A stretch of 64,000 nucleotides of DNA from Kiritimatiellia bacterium (lineage in GTDB: Bacteria > Verrucomicrobiota > Kiritimatiellia > RFP12 > UBA1067). The stretch lies in the NCBI GenBank assembly GCA_051884805.1, contig JBJEWA010000135.1, forward strand, positions 7,464 through 71,463, written 5' to 3'. Both the position numbers and the translations under genes were made by a program. The notes below the pieces were generated by a model that saw only the letters and a list, made by a program, of their open reading frames with translations, ran no database searches and had not been told where the DNA came from. This document shows positions 1 through 8,483 of this stretch, piece by piece (positions within the stretch are counted from its first letter, which is position 1; each line of letters opens with the position of its first letter).

Positions 1-752
1 GTCCGCACGGAAACCACACTACCATCCTGGGCGTGGGCCTCGGCACCGCGGTCGACGCGCTGCTGGCCGTGAAGGAGATCGTCTACGAACGGCGGGAGCT
101 GACGCTGGCCGGGCTGGGCGAAGCGATGGCGGCGGACTGGGCGGGCCACGAACCCCTGCGTCTGCGGATGCTGCGCTCGAAGCGCAAGTGGGGCAACAAC
201 GATCCCGAGGCCAACGCGCTCGGATGCGAGCTGATCCGAACCTTCTCCGGCGAAATCAACGGCAAACCCAATTCCCGAGGCGGGATCTTCCTCGCCGCGG
301 GACACTGCGCGCGCCAGTTCATCGAGCTGGGGGCGAAGACGGGCGCGACGCCGGACGGCCGCCGAAAAGGCGAAGAGATGTCCAAGAACCTCTCGCCGAC
401 CATGGGCATGGACACGGAGGGGGTGACGGCGCTCGTCCAGACGCTAAGCTCGGTCAGCGTGGAGGACCTGCCGGGCGACGTTCCGCTGGACGTGATGATG
501 CACCCGTCGGCCTGTTCCGGCGCGAAGGGCCGCGAGGCAATGAAGGCCGTGGTGCGGGTCTTTCATGCGAACGGCGGCAGCGTCGTCCAGTTCACGGTGT
601 TCAGCGCCGAGGAGCTGAAGGACGCGCAGCGGCACCCGGAGAAATACGAGGATCTGCAAGTCCGCGTGTGCGGATGGAACGTCCGCTGGAACGACCTGCC
701 CAAGTCCGAGCAGGACAAGTACATCACCCGGGCCGAGGCGATTCAGCGGTAG
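1..752 (+). CDS. glycyl radical enzyme (PFL-like), C-terminal ~250 aa; 5' end lies outside the window
   Basis: The frame is open to the window edge. The C-terminus ...LQVRVCGWNVRWNDL... fits the RVxG glycyl-radical loop, and the upstream ATPDGRRKGE segment is typical of GREs. Confidence 0.8.
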   Translation, partial: PHGNHTTILGVGLGTAVDALLAVKEIVYERRELTLAGLGEAMAADWAGHEPLRLRMLRSKRKWGNNDPEANALGCELIRTFSGEINGKPNSRGGIFLAAGHCARQFIELGAKTGATPDGRRKGEEMSKNLSPTMGMDTEGVTALVQTLSSVSVEDLPGDVPLDVMMHPSACSGAKGREAMKAVVRVFHANGGSVVQFTVFSAEELKDAQRHPEKYEDLQVRVCGWNVRWNDLPKSEQDKYITRAEAIQR

Positions 753-855
753 CGCCGCCGGCGGCGCGGCGGTGCGCTGCACCCGCCCCTTGTCGGCAAA
801 CGACCAAGCGGCGCGGGAGCGGACGAGGCCGAGGGAAGCCGGGCGGGGCCGTCGG

Positions 856-2130
856 TCATTCCTCGATTCGGTTCCGCTTGAATGTGAAGAAGAACGAAAT
901 CATCATCACCAGCGCGCCCAGCACGTAGGCGCCGCCCATCAGCGCAAAGCCGATCTCGAACCCGCGCACGCCGTACTGCTGCGAAAGCGCGCCCATCAGC
1001 ACACCGGAGAGGCCGCCCACGAAAAACGCAAAGACCGTGAAGATGCCGACGGCCGTCGAGCGGTAGCCGGGCGGAACGACGTCGAAGAGCGACGCGTGCG
1101 TATTCACCTCGAAAAAGCCGCGGCAGACGCCGTAGGCGGCCGTCATCGTCACCATCGCGATGGCCGAAGGCATCATGCCGATGAGCAGCAGGCACGGCGC
1201 CCCGCAGAGCAGGGCGAGGATCTGAAAGGCCAGGCGAAAGCGGGGCATCGTCTTCACGCAGCGATCCGTCACCACGCCGCCGACCAGAATCGCCGCAAAC
1301 GCGAAGAGGTGGTGGTAGAGCATCGTCTGCGTGCCGGCCGCGCCAACCGGCGTGCCGAACTTCATCGCCATGAACTTCGGCGCCCAGAAAAGATAGGCGT
1401 TGTTGACGAAGACGATCGCCACGAACCCCGCCATGGCGCAAATCGCCGACGGCGTCTTGAAGAAGAACAGGAAGCCGGACAAAAACGACGCGCGCGCCGC
1501 CGTCGGCGCCGCGCCCGCCGCGGCGTTTGCGCCCGCCGGCGCATCTCGCAACAGGAAGACGAAGCTCACCCCGAGCAGAAAGCCCGCGCCGCCGAAGACC
1601 ATGAACACATGGCGCCAGGTGCCGAGGAAGCCGAGCGCCCAGGCCGTCAGCACGCCCGAGGTCATCAGGCCGAAATACAACGCCCCCTGATGAATCGAAA
1701 GCGCCAGCGAACGCGTCTCCTTGTGGTAAGTGGAGATCAGCGGCGGATAGCACGGCCCGTAGAAGCTTTCGCCCACGCCCGTGGCGATCGAACGGAAGAA
1801 CATGACCACGAAATAGGCGGGAATGAAGATGCCCATGATGCGCCAGTCGCCGACAAACCCCATCATGAACGTCATCAGCGACCACGCCATCAGCGACAGC
1901 GTGATGATCCACTTGCGGGAGAACCGGTCGCCGACTGGCCCGGCGACGAAAGCCATGCCGGCCAAGGTCCAGCTCAAGACCGTGTTGATCCAGCCGATCT
2001 GGACGTCGCTCAGCCCCAGTTCCGCTTGAATCGGAATCGTCAGGAGTCCGAAAAGCGCCCGGTCCGCCTGATGAAAGAAAAACGCACAGCTGAGCAGCGC
2101 CAGCACAGCCCACTTGTAACCTTGCTTCAT
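856..2130 (-). CDS. MFS transporter (sugar/organic-anion type)
   Basis: 424 aa and hydrophobic throughout, about 12 TM segments by eye. The N-terminal FFHQADRALFGLL...PVGDRFSRKW resembles the MFS loop 2-3 motif. Confidence 0.85.
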   Translation of the reverse strand: MKQGYKWAVLALLSCAFFFHQADRALFGLLTIPIQAELGLSDVQIGWINTVLSWTLAGMAFVAGPVGDRFSRKWIITLSLMAWSLMTFMMGFVGDWRIMGIFIPAYFVVMFFRSIATGVGESFYGPCYPPLISTYHKETRSLALSIHQGALYFGLMTSGVLTAWALGFLGTWRHVFMVFGGAGFLLGVSFVFLLRDAPAGANAAAGAAPTAARASFLSGFLFFFKTPSAICAMAGFVAIVFVNNAYLFWAPKFMAMKFGTPVGAAGTQTMLYHHLFAFAAILVGGVVTDRCVKTMPRFRLAFQILALLCGAPCLLLIGMMPSAIAMVTMTAAYGVCRGFFEVNTHASLFDVVPPGYRSTAVGIFTVFAFFVGGLSGVLMGALSQQYGVRGFEIGFALMGGAYVLGALVMMISFFFTFKRNRIEE

Positions 2131-2137
2131 GGCATGA

Positions 2138-2146
2138 AGTTTATCA
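2138..2146 (-). promoter_or_regulatory. extended -10 box TGaTAAACT, 7 nt upstream of the MFS ATG (leaderless candidate)
   Basis: The minus strand reads TGATAAACT-tcatgcc-ATG(2130). Confidence 0.4.
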
Positions 2147-2219
2147 TATTACAGGTCGATTGTGGGCGAGTAAGTAATCTAGGGCCTCAACTGGGGTCTC
2201 CCCGGACGCCAGCGACGGA

Positions 2220-3356
2220 CTATTCCAATGCGCGTACGCAGAGGTTCTTGGCGCCCACGACGGGGAAGAACGACGTGCCGTCGCCCGGCCAACCCTGGTG
2301 GTGGACCACCCGCCCGCGGAAACGGCTTTCGGGATCGTAGACGCCATACTTCATCTGCGAAACCGCCGGATGCGTCCCGTGGCCGTGCTCATAGTCGATG
2401 CCGCCCACAATCACGTTGCAGATTCCCTTGCGGTGGCCGAAGAGATTCGTGCGCGTCGTCGCCAGAATCGTGCGGTTGTGCTGCGCCACCACGTGGTTGA
2501 TCATCGAGAGGTGCGTCGAATCGTGGAACACAATCCCCTCTTCGCAGTTGTGGACGTAAAGATAGCTCGCCACCGTATGTTCGCCGAGGACGAGTCCGTA
2601 GCGGAACCCCTGCACCGCCACGTTGTCGAGCACTTGATTGTCGTTCTGGTCGCCGCTCATCATCAGCCCCACCGTGTGGCAGGGATTAGGCTGGAGTTCC
2701 TTGCCGAGGAACGCATCGCCCACGCAATCGTCGAGACAGAACTGGCTGTCGCGCACGATGGCGCGGCTCACGTTCTGCAAGTTGACGCCGCTCTGGCGCG
2801 GATACATCTTCTCCTTGTCGAGCCGGACGCGGAATTCGAGATTGGCGACCGAAACGAGCGCCGCGCCGAACTTCCCGGCGCAGGACGTGCCTTCCGCTGC
2901 CGCCAGGATGGCCCAGGGCCGCGCCGTCGCGTTCGTCACCGCCGGCGGCAGCCAATCCGAAAAAAGACACGTATTGGACATGCCCATCCGGCCGAACGTC
3001 GTCGGACGGAAGGCGCCGCCCGGCGGGCGCACCATGTACGAATAGAGCAGCTTGCACGGCATCTCGCCTTCAAAGGCGAGGTTGAGCCCCGGTTGCGCCG
3101 GCAGGCAGAGCTGCGCACGGCACGGCCGCCCGCCGTACGTCTCGCGCCCGGGCGCGGACAGGCGGTAGCCTTTGGGCGTGTAGGGAAACGTGATTTTCCC
3201 GCCGCCGCGCGCCGCCACCGCGTCAATCGCCGCCTGAATGGCGGCCGTATCGTCCGTCACTCCGTCACCCTTGGCGCCGAATTCAGTCACCGACACCGCA
3301 CTCGCCGCGCCGCACCACAGGCCTGCGGCAAGCGCCAGAAGAAAACGCCAAGCCAT
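2220..3356 (-). CDS. secreted pectate-lyase-superfamily (Pectate_lyase_3 / GH55-like beta-helix) protein
   Basis: Start trimmed to MAWRFLLALAAGLWCG (signal peptide). The N-terminal VTEFGAKGDGVTDDTAAIQAAIDAVAARGGGKITFP is the hallmark of this fold. Its start codon shares one nt (TGATG) with the stop of the upstream gene. Confidence 0.7.
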   Translation of the reverse strand: MAWRFLLALAAGLWCGAASAVSVTEFGAKGDGVTDDTAAIQAAIDAVAARGGGKITFPYTPKGYRLSAPGRETYGGRPCRAQLCLPAQPGLNLAFEGEMPCKLLYSYMVRPPGGAFRPTTFGRMGMSNTCLFSDWLPPAVTNATARPWAILAAAEGTSCAGKFGAALVSVANLEFRVRLDKEKMYPRQSGVNLQNVSRAIVRDSQFCLDDCVGDAFLGKELQPNPCHTVGLMMSGDQNDNQVLDNVAVQGFRYGLVLGEHTVASYLYVHNCEEGIVFHDSTHLSMINHVVAQHNRTILATTRTNLFGHRKGICNVIVGGIDYEHGHGTHPAVSQMKYGVYDPESRFRGRVVHHQGWPGDGTSFFPVVGAKNLCVRALE

Positions 3357-5956
3357 CAGCGCACCAGGATGACCAGGCCTTCGGGACGGGTGACGACGAT
3401 GTTGTCGAAGAACGCGAGCCCAGGATCGTCGGGATCGGACGGGTCGATCGTGGCCACGCCGTAGGTCGATACGCCCAACGACGAAATCGCCTCGTCGACG
3501 CAGGTGAACGGCACCCCGCGCACGGATGCTACGCGCTCGGCCTGCGTCAGCCTGGTCGTCGGATCCGGATGCGCTACGCCCAGATCGAAGACGGCCAGAT
3601 CGTACGTCTTCCGGTCGAGATCGAGCGTGGCGCGGAAGCGATACCAATGGTCGCGCGCAATGGCGGCGTCGCAATAGCTGACACTTCCGCTCAGTTCCCC
3701 TTCGGTGCGGACCAGATAGCCGATTTTCACGTCATTCATGTTGCCGCAGACATCCTGGGTCTTCGTCGGACGCCCGAACCCGAAATGCAGCGCATGCGCA
3801 TAGATGCAAAGCAGACGGTTAACATCGTTCGTGCCCGAAACGCCCTGCAAATACGTATCGCCGCCGAGATGGATGCGCGCGGCGCCCGAGCTCTCCCAGG
3901 TCCAGTAACGCGGCGGGCGGATGTCCGCCTGAACGCGCAGACGCCCGTGCGGAATCGACGAGCCGAGCGCCTGGACGCCCACGGCGAAGTACTCCGGCGC
4001 CTCGCCCGCGAGCGCCGGATTCTCCCCTGCCGTCACAAACATCGGCGATGTACCACAGTGGCGGCGGATCCAGTGGTCTTGCCCGTTGTCAACCTGCGGC
4101 ACGCTGCCCATGATTCCGCCGCGCACGAGATTGAGCCGACGCGTCGACTGCTGGCCGGTGAACTCGTAGAAGGCCGTCGCCGATCCGTTGCGCCAGAACT
4201 TGACGCTGTCCCAGTACACCGTGCCGGGCGCCGTCGTGCCCGCCCCGTAAGTCCAGAGCGAAAACGAGCTGACCGGCCCCGTGAAACCGGGCGCGAAGGC
4301 GAGATTCGTCTGCTCGCACACGAGTTCCTCGTCCGTCGGCTCGTAGGTGGACGAACGGGAGGTCTCGCCGAACTGGTAGAGCTTGAAGCCGTATGTCCGT
4401 GCGTCGAGGTCGAGATTCACCGTCACGCGATACCAGGTATTCGAGACGAGCGCGCTGCCGCGCACGGATTTGTCGCTGCCATTCGACCAGGCCGCCTCGA
4501 ACTTCTTCTTGTCGTTGGAGGCGGGCATCATCGCGCCGATGCGGCAGGCGTAATAATCGCCCGTGCGCGTGGCATTGCTGCCCGTGTACAGCAAATCGCC
4601 GCCGATGATGAAGAAAAGCTGGTCGGTCGAAGAGCGGTACCACTGATCGGGCAGCCGGAAGTCGCACGTGCCCTTCAGCGTGCCACCCTCGCATTTCATG
4701 CCCAGCGTCTGGGACGCATTCGCGAATACGCTGCTGTCGTGGGTCACCGCGAGCTTGACGCCACCCGCGTCGCCCGTGTCGGCCGCCACCGGACGGATGA
4801 ATCCGCCGCCGACCTGATTGCACCGCCGCCAGCCGTCCATCCCCAACTGCTGCACCGTCTCGCTTGAGCCGTGCGGATCGGCGATAATCGGCTTGCCGAT
4901 CGCATAGGACGAGCAGGTGCGCGTCCAACTCGACGTCGTCACCGAATAGGCGTACGCCGTGGAACCTTCCGGCACGACCGTGCGGTAGCGGCGCACGTTG
5001 AAATCGTTCTCGTAGAAGCGCACGAACGTCTCGCTCCCCGGCTTCTGCCACTCGCAGACGAGATTGTCGAAGGCGATCGTGTCGGAATTCGAAATGCCGC
5101 TCATCACGACGGCCAGACCCTGGATTGGCCCGTTCGCCTCGCTCATGGGCGTGTAGAGATAGTAGCTGCCGGACTTTGTGGCGAGCGTCGCTTCCGTCTC
5201 GAGCGTCGGATGTGCCGTGCCGAGGTCGGCCCAGTAGAAGGTCAATTTACCTGTGGCCAAGTTGACCTCGCCGCGCACGCGGCACCAATGCCCGGCCGCC
5301 ACGACCGAGCTGCGCGCGACCTGCGCGCTTCCCCCTCCGGCGACGGTGCTGTAATAGAAAATCGTCGTCGTTTCATTGCTCTTCGAGTTCGCCTGCAACC
5401 CGAAGTTGAAGAGCGAACCCGTCTGGGACCAGTCCATGTTCGTCAGGTGCTTGCGCGCAACCGGCTGCAGCCGGAGGTAGGCCGTCGTACTGCCCCATTT
5501 GGACGGCACGCGCAGGTCGCCCTGCACGCGCAAGACGCCGTCCGTAATCGAGTTGTAGAACGGATGGACGATGCCCGTGCGCTTCTGGGCGGTCGCGCTG
5601 GAGGAAAGGAATTCGCCGAATTGGTTGCCCGCGTCGTCGCGGCAGTAGACGCCGAAGGTGAGGCTCTCGCCCGATGTCACCATGCGCCAGTTGTCCTGGG
5701 AATCGGCGAGATTGCCCGAGGAGTACGGCAGGTCGGGATTGTAGATGCCGCTGCCCAGGTTTTTCGCGAGCCGCTTGTCGGGCGCATACCCCAATTCATA
5801 CCACCGGCCCGTCTGCACGGGCCCGGCCGAGGTGCGCACCGCAAAATCGTTCGCGTAAAACGGCTGCGCCTCGCCGGAGGCGACCGACGCCAGCAGCAGC
5901 CCCGCCACGCCCACAATCCGGCGCACTCGCACGTCAACCCTCGTTCCTTTCACCAT
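3356..5956 (-). CDS. 866-aa secreted protein with three tandem ~280-aa beta-sandwich (ConA/LamG-like) modules; C-terminus ends GLVILVR
   Basis: Start set at MVKGTR..., which has a GAGGAGG SD 8 nt upstream and a signal peptide. The ORF-track ATG at 6028 lies upstream of the predicted -10 box. Modules begin FYANDF / FYENDF / FYEFTG and end FDNLVCEW / WDSVKFW / FFDNIVV. Confidence 0.7.
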   Translation of the reverse strand: MVKGTRVDVRVRRIVGVAGLLLASVASGEAQPFYANDFAVRTSAGPVQTGRWYELGYAPDKRLAKNLGSGIYNPDLPYSSGNLADSQDNWRMVTSGESLTFGVYCRDDAGNQFGEFLSSSATAQKRTGIVHPFYNSITDGVLRVQGDLRVPSKWGSTTAYLRLQPVARKHLTNMDWSQTGSLFNFGLQANSKSNETTTIFYYSTVAGGGSAQVARSSVVAAGHWCRVRGEVNLATGKLTFYWADLGTAHPTLETEATLATKSGSYYLYTPMSEANGPIQGLAVVMSGISNSDTIAFDNLVCEWQKPGSETFVRFYENDFNVRRYRTVVPEGSTAYAYSVTTSSWTRTCSSYAIGKPIIADPHGSSETVQQLGMDGWRRCNQVGGGFIRPVAADTGDAGGVKLAVTHDSSVFANASQTLGMKCEGGTLKGTCDFRLPDQWYRSSTDQLFFIIGGDLLYTGSNATRTGDYYACRIGAMMPASNDKKKFEAAWSNGSDKSVRGSALVSNTWYRVTVNLDLDARTYGFKLYQFGETSRSSTYEPTDEELVCEQTNLAFAPGFTGPVSSFSLWTYGAGTTAPGTVYWDSVKFWRNGSATAFYEFTGQQSTRRLNLVRGGIMGSVPQVDNGQDHWIRRHCGTSPMFVTAGENPALAGEAPEYFAVGVQALGSSIPHGRLRVQADIRPPRYWTWESSGAARIHLGGDTYLQGVSGTNDVNRLLCIYAHALHFGFGRPTKTQDVCGNMNDVKIGYLVRTEGELSGSVSYCDAAIARDHWYRFRATLDLDRKTYDLAVFDLGVAHPDPTTRLTQAERVASVRGVPFTCVDEAISSLGVSTYGVATIDPSDPDDPGLAFFDNIVVTRPEGLVILVR

Positions 5957-6003
5957 CGCACAAACCTCCTCATGAGAACGACCGACTTCCAGATTACGTC
6001 CGG

Positions 6004-6012
6004 AGTATACCA
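6004..6012 (-). promoter_or_regulatory. extended -10 box TGgTATACT for the 5956->2220 operon
   Basis: The minus strand reads TGGTATACT, followed by a ~40-nt leader containing GAGGAGG before ATG 5956. Confidence 0.4.
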
Positions 6013-6067
6013 CAGATGAATATTTCATGAAATGTCATAACGCGAAGAAATTAGTCCTCAAATCCGT

Positions 6068-6096
6068 TTGCGCCGAAAAAGGACGTGTGCTATAAT
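6068..6096 (+). promoter_or_regulatory. sigma70-like promoter TTGCGC-N17-(TGc)TATAAT, 6 nt upstream of ATG 6103 (leaderless candidate)
   Basis: Read directly: the -35 is at 6068-6073 and the -10 at 6091-6096, preceded by TGc. Confidence 0.45.
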
Positions 6097-6102
6097 GGCG
6101 GC

Positions 6103-7335
6103 ATGGAAGCTTCCCTTTCCCCGGCCGGCGCGCGGCGCGTGCTGCTGCTGTTCTGCCCGCTGCGCAAATCGTCGCGCGACCGTTTCGCCGGCGTCCTGCG
6201 CTACAACCTGCGCACGAACTGGGAACTGTCCGTCTTGCAGGCGAATTTCTCGGAGACGCCCGACAAGACGCTGCTGGCGGAACTGAAGCGCTTCCGTCCG
6301 CACGGCATCGTGCACATGGCCGGGGCGGGCGTGCGCATCGATGCGGCGCTCCGCCGCGCGCGACTTGCGGAGCGGCCCGTGCGCATCGCCTTTGAACACC
6401 GGCGCACCACCCCCGGATCCGCCCCGGACGGCAGCGTGTGCATCGACAACGAAAGCGTGGTGCGCGCGGCGCTCGAAACCTTTCGCCGCCGGGGGCTCGC
6501 GCACTTCGCCTACGCGAGCACACTCACGCGCATCAGCGATCCCCACGTGGCGGTGCGCCTGGAGGCGTTCAACCGCCTGGCGCATCCGCCCAAAGGCGTC
6601 GCGGCGACGCTCGTCGCGCCCGCGCGCGGTGCGCTGCCGGATGTCGCGCGCATCGCCCAGTGGCTCGCGCGCCTGCCCAAACCCTGCGGCGTCCTGCTGT
6701 TCAACGACCAGACGGCGCTGCCGGTCTACGCCGCCTGCCGCCAGGCCGGCCTCACAACGCCGGGACAGATCTTCCTCCTCGGCGTGGACAACGACACGAT
6801 GGTCTGCGACAACATGAATCCCGGGCTTTCCAGCATCCTGCCGGACTTCGAACGTTCGGGCTTTTTCGCCGCCAGCCTGCTCGACCGCTGCTTCCGCCAG
6901 GGCGACGCGCCGCGCGGGACGACGCGCATCGAATACGGCGTGGCGTCCGTCATCGAGCGCGCCTCCACGATGGACACGTCCGGGGCGTCGCGCTACGTGC
7001 TCCGCGCGCGCGAATACATCGAACACCATCCCGGCGAGCGCCTCACCGTCGGCGCCATCGCCCACGCGCTCAATCTCTCGCCGCGCCTCCTGGAGAAACA
7101 CTTCGCCGCCTGCGCCGGGCGGACGCTTCAAGCGGAACTGCTCGACCGCCGCTTTGCGCGCCTGCGCGAACTGCTCGTCACGACGGACCGGCCGGTCAGC
7201 GAACTCATCGACATGTGCGGCTGGAACTCGATCTCGAGCGCCAAGCGGATCTTCAAGGCGCGCTACGGCGAGACGATGCGCGCCTGGCGCGCCTCGGGCG
7301 GCGATTCCCGCCACGGCCCCGCGACATCCATCTGA
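6103..7335 (+). CDS. XylR-like transcriptional regulator (periplasmic-binding-protein-like sensor domain + C-terminal AraC-type HTH)
   Basis: The C-terminus ...HALNLSPRLLEKHFAACAGRTLQAELLDRRFARLRELLVTTDRPVSELIDMCGWNSISSAKRIFKARYGETMRAWR is an AraC dual HTH. It is a paralog of 37408..38571 and divergent from an exoprotein operon. Confidence 0.85.
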   Translation: MEASLSPAGARRVLLLFCPLRKSSRDRFAGVLRYNLRTNWELSVLQANFSETPDKTLLAELKRFRPHGIVHMAGAGVRIDAALRRARLAERPVRIAFEHRRTTPGSAPDGSVCIDNESVVRAALETFRRRGLAHFAYASTLTRISDPHVAVRLEAFNRLAHPPKGVAATLVAPARGALPDVARIAQWLARLPKPCGVLLFNDQTALPVYAACRQAGLTTPGQIFLLGVDNDTMVCDNMNPGLSSILPDFERSGFFAASLLDRCFRQGDAPRGTTRIEYGVASVIERASTMDTSGASRYVLRAREYIEHHPGERLTVGAIAHALNLSPRLLEKHFAACAGRTLQAELLDRRFARLRELLVTTDRPVSELIDMCGWNSISSAKRIFKARYGETMRAWRASGGDSRHGPATSI

Positions 7336-8483
7336 TCGAACGTGATGTTCCGGAACGGCCGCGCGGGCGTATCCGCCCACACGCCCGGCGCACGTACGCG
7401 GCCGCGGATGTCGCGGAAACGGATGCCGTCGAACACGCTCGCCGTGGCCGTGCGGTAGTAGAACTTGAACAGCATCTCGGCATCGACCCGACAATCCGTG
7501 AAAGCGACGTCGTAAATCGACACGCCCGGCTCGGGCTTGCGCGCCCACGACCCCACGGCATTGAAGGCTACGCGTGTCGTATCGATGCGCAATCCGCGGA
7601 AAACCGCGTTGGAAACGACGCCGTTGCCCACGCCCAGGCGCACGGCGTTGCACGCGCTCGAAAGCCGGCAGTCGCTCACGCGGATGCCGGTGCAATCCTG
7701 CGGATGGCGCAACCACCGCTCGCCCGAAGCGCGCAGCGTAATCGCATCGTCCTCGGTTTCGATGTCGCACGCCGTCACCGTCACATCGCGGCAGCGGTCG
7801 ATGTCGATGCCGTCGCCGTTCCAGGTCTTGAACGGTCGGCGCACGGTGCGCACCGTGCAGTTGCTCACGGTCACGGCGGTGCAATTGAGCAGGTAGCACG
7901 TCCAGTAGGGCGAATGCTCAAGCCGCACGTCGCGCACCGTGACGTCGCGGCAATCGACGAAATAGAGCATCTGTCCCGGGCGCCACGGGATGCCCCTTTT
8001 CCAGCCGGCCCAGTTGGTGCCCGTCGCGGGATCGACGAGAAAGGCCGCCGCGCGCCCATCGATGCGCCCCGGCCCGCGCACACCGACACCGGTCGCGTCG
8101 TGCGCGACGATCAAATGTCCGCCCGACGTATTGTCGCCGCTGCGGGGACTGGCGTAATTCTGGGGGAAGGCGTCGGCGGCGCAGTAATCCACGCGCGACG
8201 TGCTCGCTTCGAGCGTCGCGTCGGCGTCGAGCGCGAGCGTGACCTGGCTCTTGAGATAGAGCGTGCCGCTCACATACGTGCCGGCGCCGAGATGCACCGT
8301 GCCGCCGCCGGCCTGCGCGGCCGCGTCGATCGCCGCCTGCAAGGCCGTCGTTTCGACGGTACGCCCGTCTCCGCGCGCGCCGAACGCGGACGCCTCGAAC
8401 GTGCGCAAGGGTTCGCCCGCCCGCAGCGCGACGGCGGCGATTACGGCACCGAAGAAAAGAGGATGGCGTCGGGACATGGGCAT
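7263..8483 (-). CDS. glycoside hydrolase family 28 (polygalacturonase-like)
   Basis: Signal peptide, then FGARGDGRTVETTALQAAIDAAAQAGGGTVHL, plus the GH28-type WNGDGIDIDRCRDV...ETEDDAITL catalytic Asp clusters. Confidence 0.85.
   Translation of the reverse strand: MPMSRRHPLFFGAVIAAVALRAGEPLRTFEASAFGARGDGRTVETTALQAAIDAAAQAGGGTVHLGAGTYVSGTLYLKSQVTLALDADATLEASTSRVDYCAADAFPQNYASPRSGDNTSGGHLIVAHDATGVGVRGPGRIDGRAAAFLVDPATGTNWAGWKRGIPWRPGQMLYFVDCRDVTVRDVRLEHSPYWTCYLLNCTAVTVSNCTVRTVRRPFKTWNGDGIDIDRCRDVTVTACDIETEDDAITLRASGERWLRHPQDCTGIRVSDCRLSSACNAVRLGVGNGVVSNAVFRGLRIDTTRVAFNAVGSWARKPEPGVSIYDVAFTDCRVDAEMLFKFYYRTATASVFDGIRFRDIRGRVRAPGVWADTPARPFRNITFDQMDVAGPWRESPPEARQARIVSP

Noticed and set aside
772-2340. 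Long ORFs antisense to, or out of frame with, real genes. Examples are 772..2340, 743..2113, 6058..7899, 6438..8552, 41658..44006, 45393..47969, 55665..58124 and 60566..63952.
   Set aside because: Their translations are Arg/Ala/Gly/Pro-rich low-complexity strings with no motifs. They fully overlap genes with clear family signatures. This is the expected stop-codon-poor artefact of high-GC DNA.
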